A stretch of 64,000 bases of DNA. Source: a virus. This document shows, one piece after another, positions 8,121 to 17,239 of the stretch; position 1 is the first letter of the stretch, and each line of letters begins with the position of its first letter. Below the pieces are notes generated by a model. It made no database searches. It worked only from the letters and a program-made list of their open reading frames with translations, and was not told the DNA's origin. The DNA lies in the IMG/VR virus record IMGVR_UViG_3300005529_000002, positions 1-64,000 of that record; one strand, 5' to 3'. The position numbers and the translations under genes are program-made.

Positions 8121-8389
8121 TGTCCTGTCTCCTGTTCCGGGAAGATCGCGCCGAGGGAGGAGACGAACCCGGCCAGCCATCGCTCAGCCTCGGCTTTCAG
8201 CTCTGCGGGACTGCCGGCATGGAAGCGCCTGCCCACGAAACCGGGGAGCATGGCGGCGGTCAGCATCCATTCCCCGCCCTCTTCCTCGGGCGCCCAGATG
8301 CGGAACACGGCCGGGTCCAGGGTGCCGACGCTGCCCATGGACTCGCCGGTCTCGGGCTCGTCGTGCCAGCGGATGCGGGGCTCGTTCAT
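8117..8389 (-). CDS. Hypothetical protein
   Basis: Coupled ORF. Confidence 0.55.
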   Translation of the reverse strand: MNEPRIRWHDEPETGESMGSVGTLDPAVFRIWAPEEEGGEWMLTAAMLPGFVGRRFHAGSPAELKAEAERWLAGFVSSLGAIFPEQETGQ

Positions 8390-8514
8390 CGTCCATCCTC
8401 CGGTTCTTGCACCAGCTCGCCGCCGCAGTTGTCGCACTCGCTTCCGGCTGGCGGCTTTCCCGCAAGCGGCCAGGGCCATCCGCAGTCTCCGCACTGCCAT
8501 TTGCCAGTTGTCAT
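8386..8514 (-). CDS. Small Zn-ribbon protein
   Basis: WQCGDCG..ECDNCGG; ATGA overlaps on both sides. Confidence 0.6.
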   Translation of the reverse strand: MTTGKWQCGDCGWPWPLAGKPPAGSECDNCGGELVQEPEDGR

Positions 8515-8714
8515 CGCTCCGGTACCTCCGCTCGCTCGGTCACATCCAGGTGGAGGTCGGACATCTCGGCGGAGGCGACGATCTGCGAGTACATCGCGCC
8601 GGGAGTGCCGGCAGGAATGTTGCAGAAGCGGCTGCATGCGCGGGCCAGTTTCCGGGCTAGCTCTGCCCGCTCTGCGCCAGACAGCGGGTCAGCCCAACAG
8701 ATGGTGGAGGTCAC
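8511..8714 (-). CDS. Hypothetical protein
   Basis: Coupled ORF. Confidence 0.5.
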   Translation of the reverse strand: MTSTICWADPLSGAERAELARKLARACSRFCNIPAGTPGAMYSQIVASAEMSDLHLDVTERAEVPER

Positions 8715-9268
8715 TGGTCAGCCTCCGGGTTCCGGTCGGTCTCCTCGCCATCCGCCGCGACCGGGTAGCCGGTCCAGCCTGCGTACATCTCGGGGTTGAG
8801 TGCCGCCTGGAGATCCTTCGTCCGGACGGTCGGGCGGCGCGGGTCAAGCAGCCCGGCGACCCGTGCGAGCCTTTGCCTGGCGTCCCGGTCCAGCGCCTCG
8901 GCCCCGGCCTTGGCGCGGCTCTGTCCGAGCTCGGCCTGCTGGCAGTTGAACGCCCATTTCCGCGCCTCGCCTAGGAGCTGGTCCCTGTCCATGAGCTCGA
9001 ACTCGCCCGCGCGCTCGGTGAACCAGCCGGCGTCGGTGATGTCAAGCGGCCGTTTGTCACCGCGACTGACGGGCTCAGCAGGCGGGCGGTTGCCGCGCAG
9101 GACGACCAGCACGCCGCGCCGTATGCGGTCCCGCTGGTCCTTGTCCGCCGCGCGCCAGACAGTGCGGATCTCGTTCAGGAACGCTGCGAGTTCCGCGAGA
9201 TTGCTGTGCTCGCATTCGGTGCCACTGGACTCGGGGGTGGACTGCTCGCGGACGATGTTCGTGGTCAC
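8711..9268 (-). CDS. Hypothetical protein
   Basis: Coupled ORF. Confidence 0.55.
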   Translation of the reverse strand: MTTNIVREQSTPESSGTECEHSNLAELAAFLNEIRTVWRAADKDQRDRIRRGVLVVLRGNRPPAEPVSRGDKRPLDITDAGWFTERAGEFELMDRDQLLGEARKWAFNCQQAELGQSRAKAGAEALDRDARQRLARVAGLLDPRRPTVRTKDLQAALNPEMYAGWTGYPVAADGEETDRNPEADQ

Positions 9269-9272
9269 CGGT

Positions 9273-9671
9273 TCAGCCCTCCCACTGCTTGCGGACGCGC
9301 CTAAGAGCCGCGTCCGAGCCGATGATCAGCTCGCCGTCGCCGAGCATCCGGTCGAAGTCGTGCTCGCCGAGGTAGAGGCTCCCAGCCCCGTCGCCCTTGA
9401 GCGCATTGGTGGCAACGACAAGGTGAGGGCGGACGATGACCTCGCCGACGATGAAGTGATGCGCCCAGTAGTGCTCGCCGCCGCGTTGCCGGTAGTGGCC
9501 GCCGCCGTAGACGAGCGGGTGCTCCTGGCCGTCCGGTACCCGGCTCGCGCCGACGAGGCCGACGACTCCCGGACCCTGATCCTGGACGTACATCCAGGCG
9601 GGGACGTGGCGGGCGTTCTGGCCGTACATGAGCCGGGCCATGTCATCGGCGCTGCCGTAGGGGCTGGTCAT
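9273..9671 (-). CDS. Hypothetical protein
   Basis: Coupled ORF. Confidence 0.55.
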   Translation of the reverse strand: MTSPYGSADDMARLMYGQNARHVPAWMYVQDQGPGVVGLVGASRVPDGQEHPLVYGGGHYRQRGGEHYWAHHFIVGEVIVRPHLVVATNALKGDGAGSLYLGEHDFDRMLGDGELIIGSDAALRRVRKQWEG

Positions 9672-10132
9672 CGCGTTGCGGCCTCTCGCGTCGTCGCGAA
9701 CTCTTGGCGGTGCGCGCGGGCACTAGATCGCGCCTCTTCCCTGGTAGCGCCAGCGGCGACCCAGCCGCACGAGCACAGTGCGAACGATCCCCGGTCGTAC
9801 ATCACCCGGCCGCGCTTGTCGAATCTGCGGATTCCGGCGTCGTCCTGCACATAGCCGGCCGGCTGGGTGGTGCGCGTCTTGTGAACCACGGGCGGCCCGG
9901 ACTCGGATGCCTGCTCAGGCTCGCCGCAGACGTGGAACAGCGCCTCGTAACCGTCGGCAGGCAGGTCCGCGAGGCAGTCAACGCAGAACTCCACGCCGGT
10001 TTCCTCGTCAAGCTGGGTCATCGACCGGCCCGTGATCAGCTCGCGGTCGGCGAGGGTCAGCGGCTTGCTGCCGTCGCAGCCCTTGCAGCACCAGTGGTTG
10101 TAGGGGCTGCGGGTTCCGGTTGCTGTGCTCAT
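9668..10132 (-). CDS. Cys-rich hypothetical protein
   Basis: First gene after a divergent AT-rich promoter; CxxC pairs and CSCGW. Confidence 0.6.
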   Translation of the reverse strand: MSTATGTRSPYNHWCCKGCDGSKPLTLADRELITGRSMTQLDEETGVEFCVDCLADLPADGYEALFHVCGEPEQASESGPPVVHKTRTTQPAGYVQDDAGIRRFDKRGRVMYDRGSFALCSCGWVAAGATREEARSSARAHRQEFATTREAATR

Positions 10133-10201
10133 GTGACAACACTAGCACTTAGTCCTGTGACAACACAAGCTATTGCTGTAAGATCAGTCACGTGACAACA
10201 C
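10133..10201. promoter_or_regulatory. Divergent promoter with three GTGACAACAC direct repeats
   Basis: Exact 10-mers at 10133, 10157 and 10192. Confidence 0.7.
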
Positions 10202-10446
10202 CGGAGACGCCCGGCGACGAACCTTCGCCTGATGAGACGCCTATCCAGCGCGTCCGCCTGCCGCTGGCCGCGTGGGCCGCGTTCGGGCAGATGTGCAAGC
10301 GCCGGAAGATGATCCGGGCGCGCCATCTCTTCGACCTCATGTGGGCCGACATCCGCAGGCACGGCACCGACGAGGAGAAGGCCGCCTTCGCCGCTGCTGA
10401 TCAGGAGCTTCGCCAGCGCCGGTCCCGCAAGCGCCCCGCCGGGTAG
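10192..10446 (+). CDS. Small RHH-like regulator
   Basis: TPIQRVRLPLAAWAAFGQMC..; lone divergent gene within the leftward operon. Confidence 0.6.
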   Translation: MTTPETPGDEPSPDETPIQRVRLPLAAWAAFGQMCKRRKMIRARHLFDLMWADIRRHGTDEEKAAFAAADQELRQRRSRKRPAG

Positions 10447-10493
10447 CCCGTCCCGGCAGTTCTCCGGGTACGAGCCCGGCAGATCCCCGGTCA

Positions 10494-10697
10494 TCACTGC
10501 CATTCCCTGATCCCGGACAGCTCCCGCCACTTCCTGACCTGGTGCGCGGGGACTCGCGCGATCCAGAGACCGGACCTGTACGGGTCGTCCTCGAACTGGC
10601 GCAGCACTTCGGCTAGCAGGTCCCGGTAGATCCGGGTCTCTGCCATGGCGGCGGCAAGCTCCGGGGCAGGACCGGGCTCGTTCTCAGGCGAGGCCAT
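10494..10697 (-). CDS. Hypothetical protein
   Basis: Coupled ORF. Confidence 0.5.
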   Translation of the reverse strand: MASPENEPGPAPELAAAMAETRIYRDLLAEVLRQFEDDPYRSGLWIARVPAHQVRKWRELSGIREWQ

Positions 10698-11257
10698 CAG
10701 TGATCGGCCCAGTCGTAATCCGGGTCGCCGTCCAGGCCGTCGTTCTGCCGGACCTCGTTCTGCCGGATCTCGCCAGTGGTCAGGGCGCGCTGCTCGTCCA
10801 TGCGCCGCCACTCGGCTTCGCGCCGTGCACGTTCCTCGGCCGCTCGCCGCTGCGCTTCCCACGCCCTGCGGACTGATTCCTCCCGTATCGGGCTCAGGCC
10901 GTACAGCGCCGAAGGGGCGTACTCTTCCCAGGCGTCAGGCTCCCCGCCGAAGATCTTTGCGGGCAGGTCGATGTGCAGCATGGCCGCGCCGGCAACAGTC
11001 ACCTCGGTGACGTAGCCGGTTCGCTGGCGGTGGCCGAGGAGTTCGAGCTCCAGCCAGCGTCCGCCCTCGGGCAGCGGCGGGCTGGCCTGCTCCGGCTCCT
11101 CGCCGATGCCGTGCGCGCCGTCGAATGCTTCCGCTACGCGGCCGAACGCGGCGAGGACCTCCGGGCCAGTATCGGCTGGCAGGTAGCTCGTGCATGCGGC
11201 GACGAGCATGTCCAGGTCGTCCTTGCGGACGGGTACGGTCTCGTTCTCAGGCTGCAT
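10697..11257 (-). CDS. Conserved phage hypothetical protein
   Basis: WLELELLGHRQRTGYVTEV..AGAAMLHIDLP..SALYGLSP. Confidence 0.65.
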   Translation of the reverse strand: MQPENETVPVRKDDLDMLVAACTSYLPADTGPEVLAAFGRVAEAFDGAHGIGEEPEQASPPLPEGGRWLELELLGHRQRTGYVTEVTVAGAAMLHIDLPAKIFGGEPDAWEEYAPSALYGLSPIREESVRRAWEAQRRAAEERARREAEWRRMDEQRALTTGEIRQNEVRQNDGLDGDPDYDWADH

Positions 11258-11573
11258 GGCGGCCTCCAGTCGTCTCTGCTGTCTCGTCGTTAAGTGCAGC
11301 GGCCAGCACGCCGATCAGGTCGGCGAGCAGCACCCTGGTCCGGTACAGCCGGGCCAGCTCGCCTCCGTAGCGCCGCTGCATGACCCGCTCGGCTTCCATC
11401 CGCCACACCCAGCGCAGGACCGCGTCAACGTTCTGCTCGCCGCTGACGTCGGCCGCCGCGCGGGTGATGACCGCTGCGGCTCCGGTTTCGTCCATGGCGT
11501 CCATGCAGCGGATCAGCGCTGCTGCGGCACGGCGCTGGCGCTCGGCGCGGGTCAGGCGGTACGGGGCGCTCAC
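11247..11573 (-). CDS. Hypothetical protein
   Basis: Coupled ORF. Confidence 0.5.
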   Translation of the reverse strand: MSAPYRLTRAERQRRAAAALIRCMDAMDETGAAAVITRAAADVSGEQNVDAVLRWVWRMEAERVMQRRYGGELARLYRTRVLLADLIGVLAAALNDETAETTGGRHAA

Positions 11574-11998
11574 GACGGCTCGCCGCCTTCCATGGCCGCC
11601 ACCCGGCACAGCAAGGCCATCGCGTCCCAGTAGACGAACTCGAGTTCCTCGCCGGCTGCGCCCTCCTCGATGCCCTGCTTGACGTACGCGCAGAAGTCGG
11701 CCAGCTCGTCGGTCGCATCCTTGCGCCAGGAGCGGTGGTTGCCGGCCTGGAGAAGCGTCTGGTACCGCTCCAGCCCGAGCTGCTTGCGGGCGAGCACCAG
11801 GGCCGCCGCTGCGGCCTTCTCCCGGTCGGGGGCCAGGACGAAGGCCAGGTCGCCGATGACGAGATCGTGGATCGACGGGTTGCCGTTAGGCACCGGGGGC
11901 GGCTGGTCGCCGGGCCGGAAACGCGGCGCGCCCCCGGCCGGGGCGGGCAGCTCCTGGTGCTGCTGCCCGCCCGCCGCCTGATCGTGTCGCGCGGTCAT
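11570..11998 (-). CDS. Conserved phage hypothetical protein
   Basis: DQPPPVPN..ARKQLGLERYQTLLQAGN.R..DATDELAD. Confidence 0.65.
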   Translation of the reverse strand: MTARHDQAAGGQQHQELPAPAGGAPRFRPGDQPPPVPNGNPSIHDLVIGDLAFVLAPDREKAAAAALVLARKQLGLERYQTLLQAGNHRSWRKDATDELADFCAYVKQGIEEGAAGEELEFVYWDAMALLCRVAAMEGGEPS

Positions 11999-12321
11999 GA
12001 CGCCTCCACGACCTCGCGGAACCAGATGCCGGCCCGCCCGGAGACGGGGTCATCCACCCAGCAGCGGCGGCCGGCCTCGTACCCGTCCCGCCACCAGCCG
12101 GCCAGCGGGTCGGCGGCGACGTAGCCCCCGTCAACCCACGCTGCGGCGCTGCTGTCCGCCAGCGGTTTCGCACGGCTGATGTCGCGGGTGCCGAGGACCA
12201 TGATCCCGCAGACCATGTCGTCCTCATCGGTGACAGGGTAGGCAGCCACTTTCCGGGACCTGTAGAGGCGCCCGTCCGGGCGGGTGACCGTGTCGCCGGC
12301 TGGCGGCCTGGGCTCGTTCAT
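11995..12321 (-). CDS. Hypothetical protein
   Basis: Coupled ORF. Confidence 0.55.
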   Translation of the reverse strand: MNEPRPPAGDTVTRPDGRLYRSRKVAAYPVTDEDDMVCGIMVLGTRDISRAKPLADSSAAAWVDGGYVAADPLAGWWRDGYEAGRRCWVDDPVSGRAGIWFREVVEAS

Positions 12322-12356
12322 GTCGCAATCTCTCATTCAGTGCTCGGGGGTTCAGT

Positions 12357-12392
12357 CCCTCCGGCCGCAGCGGGGTTTCACGGCCGGAGGGG
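12357..12392. terminator. Intergenic GC hairpin
   Basis: CCCTCCGGCCG..CGGCCGGAGGG. Confidence 0.45.
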
Positions 12393-12398
12393 GCGGGG

Positions 12399-12911
12399 TT
12401 ACCGGGCTTTGACGTCCGGGTTGACGAACGTCGCGTATGTGTCGGCCGCGCGCACTGAGCCTTCGAGGACCGCGCAGACCCAGAGCCAGCCGCCCTTGTC
12501 CGCGATCCGGGACCGGGCCACGTCCTCGGCTGCCTTGGCGCTGGACGCGTTCACCCAGTCGCCGTAGCGCTCGCCGGTGCGCCCGATATCGCCTGTCCTG
12601 GCATCAGGCGGCAGGGCGATGCCGAACACCGTCCAGTCAGGGTCCAGGCCGCGGAGCAGATCGGGCACGTCCGGCTCGATGCCGCCGGCGTCCTGGTTGC
12701 GCGGGTCCTCAGGGTCGGTGAACAGCGTGTACCGGTCCACCGCGGGGACCTCGCCGGCGACGACGCGGGCCACCAGCAGGGTCCCGCCGCGGTCGCTGGC
12801 GTCGAGCTGGGCCAGCGATTCGGCCAGCCGTGCCGACCCGGCCCGGTACACCTCAGCGAACCGCTCCTGCGTCTCCTGCCAGCAGCCGTAGACGCTGAAC
12901 GGGGTGATCAT
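12399..12911 (-). CDS. Hypothetical protein with internal duplication
   Basis: Two similar halves (FSVYG..ERFAEVY.A.SA..AE.LA and WTVFG..ERYGDWV.A.SA..AE.VA). Confidence 0.6.
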   Translation of the reverse strand: MITPFSVYGCWQETQERFAEVYRAGSARLAESLAQLDASDRGGTLLVARVVAGEVPAVDRYTLFTDPEDPRNQDAGGIEPDVPDLLRGLDPDWTVFGIALPPDARTGDIGRTGERYGDWVNASSAKAAEDVARSRIADKGGWLWVCAVLEGSVRAADTYATFVNPDVKAR

Positions 12912-13498
12912 CAGCGGTGCCCGCTGGAACCGCGCAGCGACCCGCTGCCGTACCGCGACGTGCTGGTGCGGCTGGTGCCGGTCCGGCTGCCCGAGCCGGA
13001 CCCTGAGCGGAGGCTTCCGGAGCCGTACTTCGACCCGGCGCAGGAGAACGAGCAGCCGGAGCCGAACCGGGTCTTCCCGGTGATCCCGGTGCCCTTGACG
13101 GTCCCCCCGGATGACGTGCGGTACGTGGCCGACTTCGACAGGGTGCTGATCTGGCTGCGGTAGGTCCGGCCGAACGTGGTCACGCGGGTGACGTACACCG
13201 TCCGGTACCGGACAGGGACGTACGTGTCGTAGTAGACCGGGCTGTCGTAGTAGTCGTAGTACTCCTCTTCCCAACTCAGCGGCATCGGGGCGGGCACCCA
13301 GGACCGGGGGCACAGCCCGGCGTTTTCCAGCGCCGTCACCTCGGCCGGGGAGTTCAGGTAGTAGCACTGCCCGTTCTGGCCGTAGGCGGCCGGCGCGTAG
13401 GTGAGGGGCTGCGCCGTGCCGCATCCCCCGGTCGCCAGGATGGCGGCGGCCATGGCCGTTGCCGTGGTCAGCGCTGCGAGTCTTGATTTCAGGTTCAA
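12911..13498 (-). CDS. Putative lipoprotein with Ser/Gly/Arg-rich tail
   Basis: Signal peptide ending ILATGG-C; Tyr-rich core; SGSLRSGS-type tail. Confidence 0.65.
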   Translation of the reverse strand: MNLKSRLAALTTATAMAAAILATGGCGTAQPLTYAPAAYGQNGQCYYLNSPAEVTALENAGLCPRSWVPAPMPLSWEEEYYDYYDSPVYYDTYVPVRYRTVYVTRVTTFGRTYRSQISTLSKSATYRTSSGGTVKGTGITGKTRFGSGCSFSCAGSKYGSGSLRSGSGSGSRTGTSRTSTSRYGSGSLRGSSGHR

Positions 13499-13521
13499 CT
13501 CGGGTCCTCTCTGGTTCCGTC

Positions 13522-13920
13522 TCATGTCGTTGCCTCTCGTTCGCTGTTCCGGTGCGGCCATCCGCATGACAGGTTCCGGACACCCTGCTCGTAGCCGTCG
13601 TCGCCGGGTTTGAGCAGGTGCCCGTGCTCGTACATCAGCTCGCGGTACCGCACGGGGTCGCCTCCGGCCCTCTCCCACAGTTCGTGCGGCGAAGGACGGG
13701 CGGCTTCCTCTGCCTCGGTGCGGGCTTTCTGCGCGGCACTGATCGCGGCGGCACATGCCGCGCTGTGCGCCTTGGTGCCGCGGCCTCTGCCGTGGTCCCA
13801 GGCGCGGTAGACGGCCTGCTGAAGCGGCTTGGGGACCCGTGCCCAGTCCTGACGGCAGAGCAGCCTGTCGTCGGGTACGTCCTTTACGTCGCAGGCCACG
13901 AGGGGGCACTGGTGGCTCAT
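13522..13920 (-). CDS. Hypothetical protein (Zn-binding N-terminus)
   Basis: HQCPLVAC..LLCRQDWARVP..LQQAVYRAW. Confidence 0.6.
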   Translation of the reverse strand: MSHQCPLVACDVKDVPDDRLLCRQDWARVPKPLQQAVYRAWDHGRGRGTKAHSAACAAAISAAQKARTEAEEAARPSPHELWERAGGDPVRYRELMYEHGHLLKPGDDGYEQGVRNLSCGWPHRNSEREATT

Positions 13921-14135
13921 GACTGCCTCAAGGCGAGTGACCGGTGGAACCTGGCCGCCGGGCACATGGCGTCCCGGTATTTCAGCGACGACCCCGAGCC
14001 GCCGTCCTTGGAGTAGTCCGTCACCACCCATGTGCAGGTGCAGCGGCCGTCGATCTCGCTCTGGGTGAGGACGATCCCGGGGGACGGCCACAACGGGCCT
14101 GTCCGGGTGCCCAGGGCTTCTTTCCTGCTGCTCAC
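13917..14135 (-). CDS. Hypothetical protein
   Basis: Coupled ORF. Confidence 0.45.
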   Translation of the reverse strand: MSSRKEALGTRTGPLWPSPGIVLTQSEIDGRCTCTWVVTDYSKDGGSGSSLKYRDAMCPAARFHRSLALRQS

Positions 14136-14572
14136 GGCTGGGTCCGCTCGTGGTCGTGCCTCGCCGAGTGCACACCGGGGACGGGGCACTCGCACGGGGC
14201 ACCGAGGCAGAGGACGTGCTGCCCGTCCCGGCACGACGGGTCCAGGAGGGGGCCGTTGCCTTCAGCGACCAGGTCGGGGATGCCGGGGGCCATCACCACC
14301 CGGCGTTCACCGCCCCCGATCAGGTCAGCGAAGAAACAGGACGTGCCCTCATCCCCGGTGCATACCGCCCCGGTGCGGATGGCGAGCTGGCGGATCCGCT
14401 CCTGCTCGGCTGCGGCGACGGCCTCCCCGATGCGCATGTCCGCCTCGCGCTGGCCGTCGTCCAGCTCGTCCCATCCGGCCAGCCAGGACGGTTTCGGGTC
14501 TGGCTGCTCGCCGGCCCACGCCACCCAGGTTTCGCGCACCAGGCGACCGAGCTGCTCGCGTTCGTCAGCCAC
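14132..14572 (-). CDS. Hypothetical protein
   Basis: LGRLVRETWVAWA.EQPDPKPSWL..WDEL..QREADMRIG. Confidence 0.6.
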   Translation of the reverse strand: MADEREQLGRLVRETWVAWAGEQPDPKPSWLAGWDELDDGQREADMRIGEAVAAAEQERIRQLAIRTGAVCTGDEGTSCFFADLIGGGERRVVMAPGIPDLVAEGNGPLLDPSCRDGQHVLCLGAPCECPVPGVHSARHDHERTQP

Positions 14573-14900
14573 CGGCCGGCTCCCCGCTGTCGCCGGCAAG
14601 CTCGTACAGGTGCCAGACGAACCCTTCCGGCGTCCGGGGGCAGGTGCCGACATACCGCGCACCGGGAGGCAGCGGATGGCCCGTGCCGAACACCTGGAAA
14701 CGGCGGGCGGTCCTCGGGGCACCTTCGGCGTACTCGGCCCAGAACTCGACCTCGTAGCGCGACGAGCTGGCCGCGACGTAGACCGGGTTGCCGGTCAGGT
14801 CAAACGTCCAGGCCAGGTCATCGATGGGGACCGCGTAACGGTACATCCGGCGTTCAGCGGCCAGCGGGTCACGGGCCGTAGTCCCGGTGGTGGTGGTCAT
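14565..14900 (-). CDS. Conserved phage protein (DUF7352-like)
   Basis: RRFQVFGTGHPLP..YVGT..FVWHLYE. Confidence 0.65.
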   Translation of the reverse strand: MTTTTGTTARDPLAAERRMYRYAVPIDDLAWTFDLTGNPVYVAASSSRYEVEFWAEYAEGAPRTARRFQVFGTGHPLPPGARYVGTCPRTPEGFVWHLYELAGDSGEPAGG

Positions 14901-15160
14901 GGCTGGGTCTCCTCTCCGAGCACGGCGCGGACCCAGTCCGGGTTACGCCGGATGAACTCGCGCATCTGCAGGGTCACGTCGTGCCGCCCGACTGCTGCGA
15001 ACAGGGCGGTCCCGTCCGGGTTCTCACGCACCAGCCGGCGGCGGGTCACGACGTACACGCGGTCGCTGATGTCCGCGAGGTAGATGCCTACCGGGTGCTT
15101 TCGGGTGCAGTCCGGTTCGCCGCAGCAGAGCGGGGCCGTGGTCCCGGTGGAGGCGGTCAT
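14897..15160 (-). CDS. Hypothetical protein
   Basis: Coupled ORF. Confidence 0.55.
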   Translation of the reverse strand: MTASTGTTAPLCCGEPDCTRKHPVGIYLADISDRVYVVTRRRLVRENPDGTALFAAVGRHDVTLQMREFIRRNPDWVRAVLGEETQP

Positions 15161-15648
15161 GACGGCTGTCCCAGACGCTCGATCGCAGCGGCGATGAGGG
15201 CGTTTGCCTCGGCATAGCTCGGGGCTGTCTCCGGCTCGGTGGCGTAGCCGTCTTCGTCGTAGCCGATCCCGGCCAGCCCCGCATCCGTCATGGCGTGATA
15301 GAGGATGTGCTGCCAGTCAGAGTTGCCTGTCGGGCTCCAGTTGCTCCCGTCCCTCCAGGCGACGCTGAGAGCCCCGGCGAGGAACTCCCGTACCGTTGAC
15401 GCCCCCGAGTCGTTCTCCGGCAGCGGGAGGGCCAGCAGGCGGGCCGCATGGTCCTCTCCTGGTGCGGGATGGAAGCGGGGCAGGCCCGCGAACATGAGCG
15501 CGCCGTCAGCGGCTGCTCGCCACGCCTCGCGGACTTCCGGCTGCTGCTCGTCCCATGCGGGCAGCTTCGCACCGGAGATGAGCGACCTGCCGTCGCTGGC
15601 GGCGGCGTACGCCTCGTAGGCGGCGCGGCCGGGCGAGATCTCAGCCAC
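15157..15648 (-). CDS. Hypothetical protein
   Basis: GRAAYEAY..LPAWDEQ..REAWRAAA. Confidence 0.6.
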   Translation of the reverse strand: MAEISPGRAAYEAYAAASDGRSLISGAKLPAWDEQQPEVREAWRAAADGALMFAGLPRFHPAPGEDHAARLLALPLPENDSGASTVREFLAGALSVAWRDGSNWSPTGNSDWQHILYHAMTDAGLAGIGYDEDGYATEPETAPSYAEANALIAAAIERLGQPS

Positions 15649-16066
15649 GGCGACCCTCCAGCACGGTGCGGCCGATCTCGCGGATGGCGGCAAGCGCTGC
15701 ACTTTCGGCGGTTCGCTGGCCAGGCTCAACGGCCAGGAGTTCTTCGGTCATCTGCGGGTCGTCGTCGAAGAGGGTCAGGATCTCCACGATGGCGTCCCGG
15801 TACTCGTTGACGTCAGGCGCGGGCTTGTCCTTGTCGCCGGTCAGCCACCCGGACCACAGCAGCGTCCCGTCATCCTCGGTGATCGTGATGTGCTCCTCGG
15901 GGCTGGTGTCCCGCACGCCGTCCGTGTTGTCGTAGATCGCCGACCGGACGGCCTCGTCGCGACTGGCGGGGTCCTTGAGCGCGAGCGCGGCGCGGATGTC
16001 CGGCTCGGTGAACTCGTCGTCAGCGGCGAACTCGGTGTCGCCTAGCTCGATGACCTTGATCTTCAC
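15641..16066 (-). CDS. Hypothetical protein
   Basis: Coupled ORF. Confidence 0.55.
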   Translation of the reverse strand: MKIKVIELGDTEFAADDEFTEPDIRAALALKDPASRDEAVRSAIYDNTDGVRDTSPEEHITITEDDGTLLWSGWLTGDKDKPAPDVNEYRDAIVEILTLFDDDPQMTEELLAVEPGQRTAESAALAAIREIGRTVLEGRRG

Positions 16067-16069
16067 GGG

Positions 16070-16858
16070 TCAGCCTCCGTTCCCGGCGGCCGTCCCGGCT
16101 CCGGCAGGCCATTCACCGGTGATCAGCACGTCGTACAAGGCGATCGCGGACGTCTGGAACTCGGCGACGGTCGGCGCGAGCTTCGCCCTGGCTGCGTCCC
16201 AGGCTGCGGCCCAGGCTGCGTCCCAGGCTGCGGCCCCGGCTGCGTCCCCGGCTGCGTCCCCGGCTGCGGCCCTGGCTGCGTCCCCGGCTGCGTCCCAGGC
16301 TGCGGCCCCGGCTGCGGCCCCGGCTGCGTCCCCGGCTGCGGCCCTGGCTGCGTCCCAGGCTGCGGCCCTGGCTGCGGCCCAGGCTGCGGCCGTGGCTGCG
16401 GCCCAGGCTGCGGCCGCTCTGCCTCGGGCGTCGCGGACGACCGGGCCGGCCGCCTGCGCGGCGACGAGATCGGCGATCCTGCGGAGGTCACGCAGCGCGG
16501 CGGCTTCGGCGGTGAGGCCCGCGAGGTCGAGCCACGCCGGGGTGTAGGTGCGGATCAGCCAGTCGAGGGCGATGTAGCCGCGGGTCTCGTCTTTTCCGTC
16601 GTTCTCGGTGCCGGCGAGGCGGTCTTGGCCATTCGGCAGGAACCCGGTCAGTTCCTGGCGGCGGTCGTCGGGAAGAGCGTCGTTCAGCCGCATCCCGAAC
16701 ACGTGCAGGACCGGGGAGACACCGGGCGGCTTGTCGTCGGTGTGCCGCTGGTGGACGAGCCAGTTGTACCACTCGAACAGGCACCGTTCGGGGTTGTCGC
16801 AGTCCGCTGGCGGCTCGTCGTGGCCGCCTCTGGCGAGGGTGATAGCAGTGTCATTCAC
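16070..16858 (-). CDS. Phage protein with (W/R/G)(D/A)AA tetrapeptide repeats
   Basis: Folded N-domain (HTDDKPPGVSPVL..LNDAL..ALDWLIRTYTPAWL) followed by an Ala-rich repeat. Confidence 0.75.
   Translation of the reverse strand: MNDTAITLARGGHDEPPADCDNPERCLFEWYNWLVHQRHTDDKPPGVSPVLHVFGMRLNDALPDDRRQELTGFLPNGQDRLAGTENDGKDETRGYIALDWLIRTYTPAWLDLAGLTAEAAALRDLRRIADLVAAQAAGPVVRDARGRAAAAWAAATAAAWAAARAAAWDAARAAAGDAAGAAAGAAAWDAAGDAARAAAGDAAGDAAGAAAWDAAWAAAWDAARAKLAPTVAEFQTSAIALYDVLITGEWPAGAGTAAGNGG
16190..16417. repeat. 19 x 12-bp tandem repeat (GGCTGCG core)
   Basis: GGCTGCG every 12 nt from 16190 to 16406; lies within the CDS. Confidence 0.9.
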
Positions 16859-16885
16859 GGTCAGTTCTCCGTTCTCGGGTATCGG

Positions 16886-17239
16886 TCAGGCGGCACTGTG
16901 GCCGCGGTGCTCCGGCAGGGGTTCCATCGCCTCGATAGCGGCTCTCGCTGCCAGGTACTCGGGATTGCGGGGCCTCCCCTTCGGTGCCGGTTCTTCGCGT
17001 TTCAACGGGTCTGCTGCGGCTCGTTTCAGGTCCCACGGCGACCCTTCAGGTGATCGGATCAGCCGGACCGTCTCGGCGAGGATCCGGTCCCAGGACCATC
17101 CGGCTATCTCCGCTGCCGTGATCGCGTCGGCGAGGACGTTGCAGTCCCAGTCCGGTCTTGAGACCTCGGCGAGGAGGAGAAGCTGGGGGACTGCCGGGCG
17201 GATCACCGGGGCGTCCGGCTCGTCCCTGGAGGAGTTCAC
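16886..17239 (-). CDS. Hypothetical protein
   Basis: Coupled ORF. Confidence 0.55.
   Translation of the reverse strand: MNSSRDEPDAPVIRPAVPQLLLLAEVSRPDWDCNVLADAITAAEIAGWSWDRILAETVRLIRSPEGSPWDLKRAAADPLKREEPAPKGRPRNPEYLAARAAIEAMEPLPEHRGHSAA

Noticed and set aside
16190-16417. Possible CRISPR-like array
   Set aside because: Contiguous 12-bp coding repeats with no unique spacers and no cas genes.
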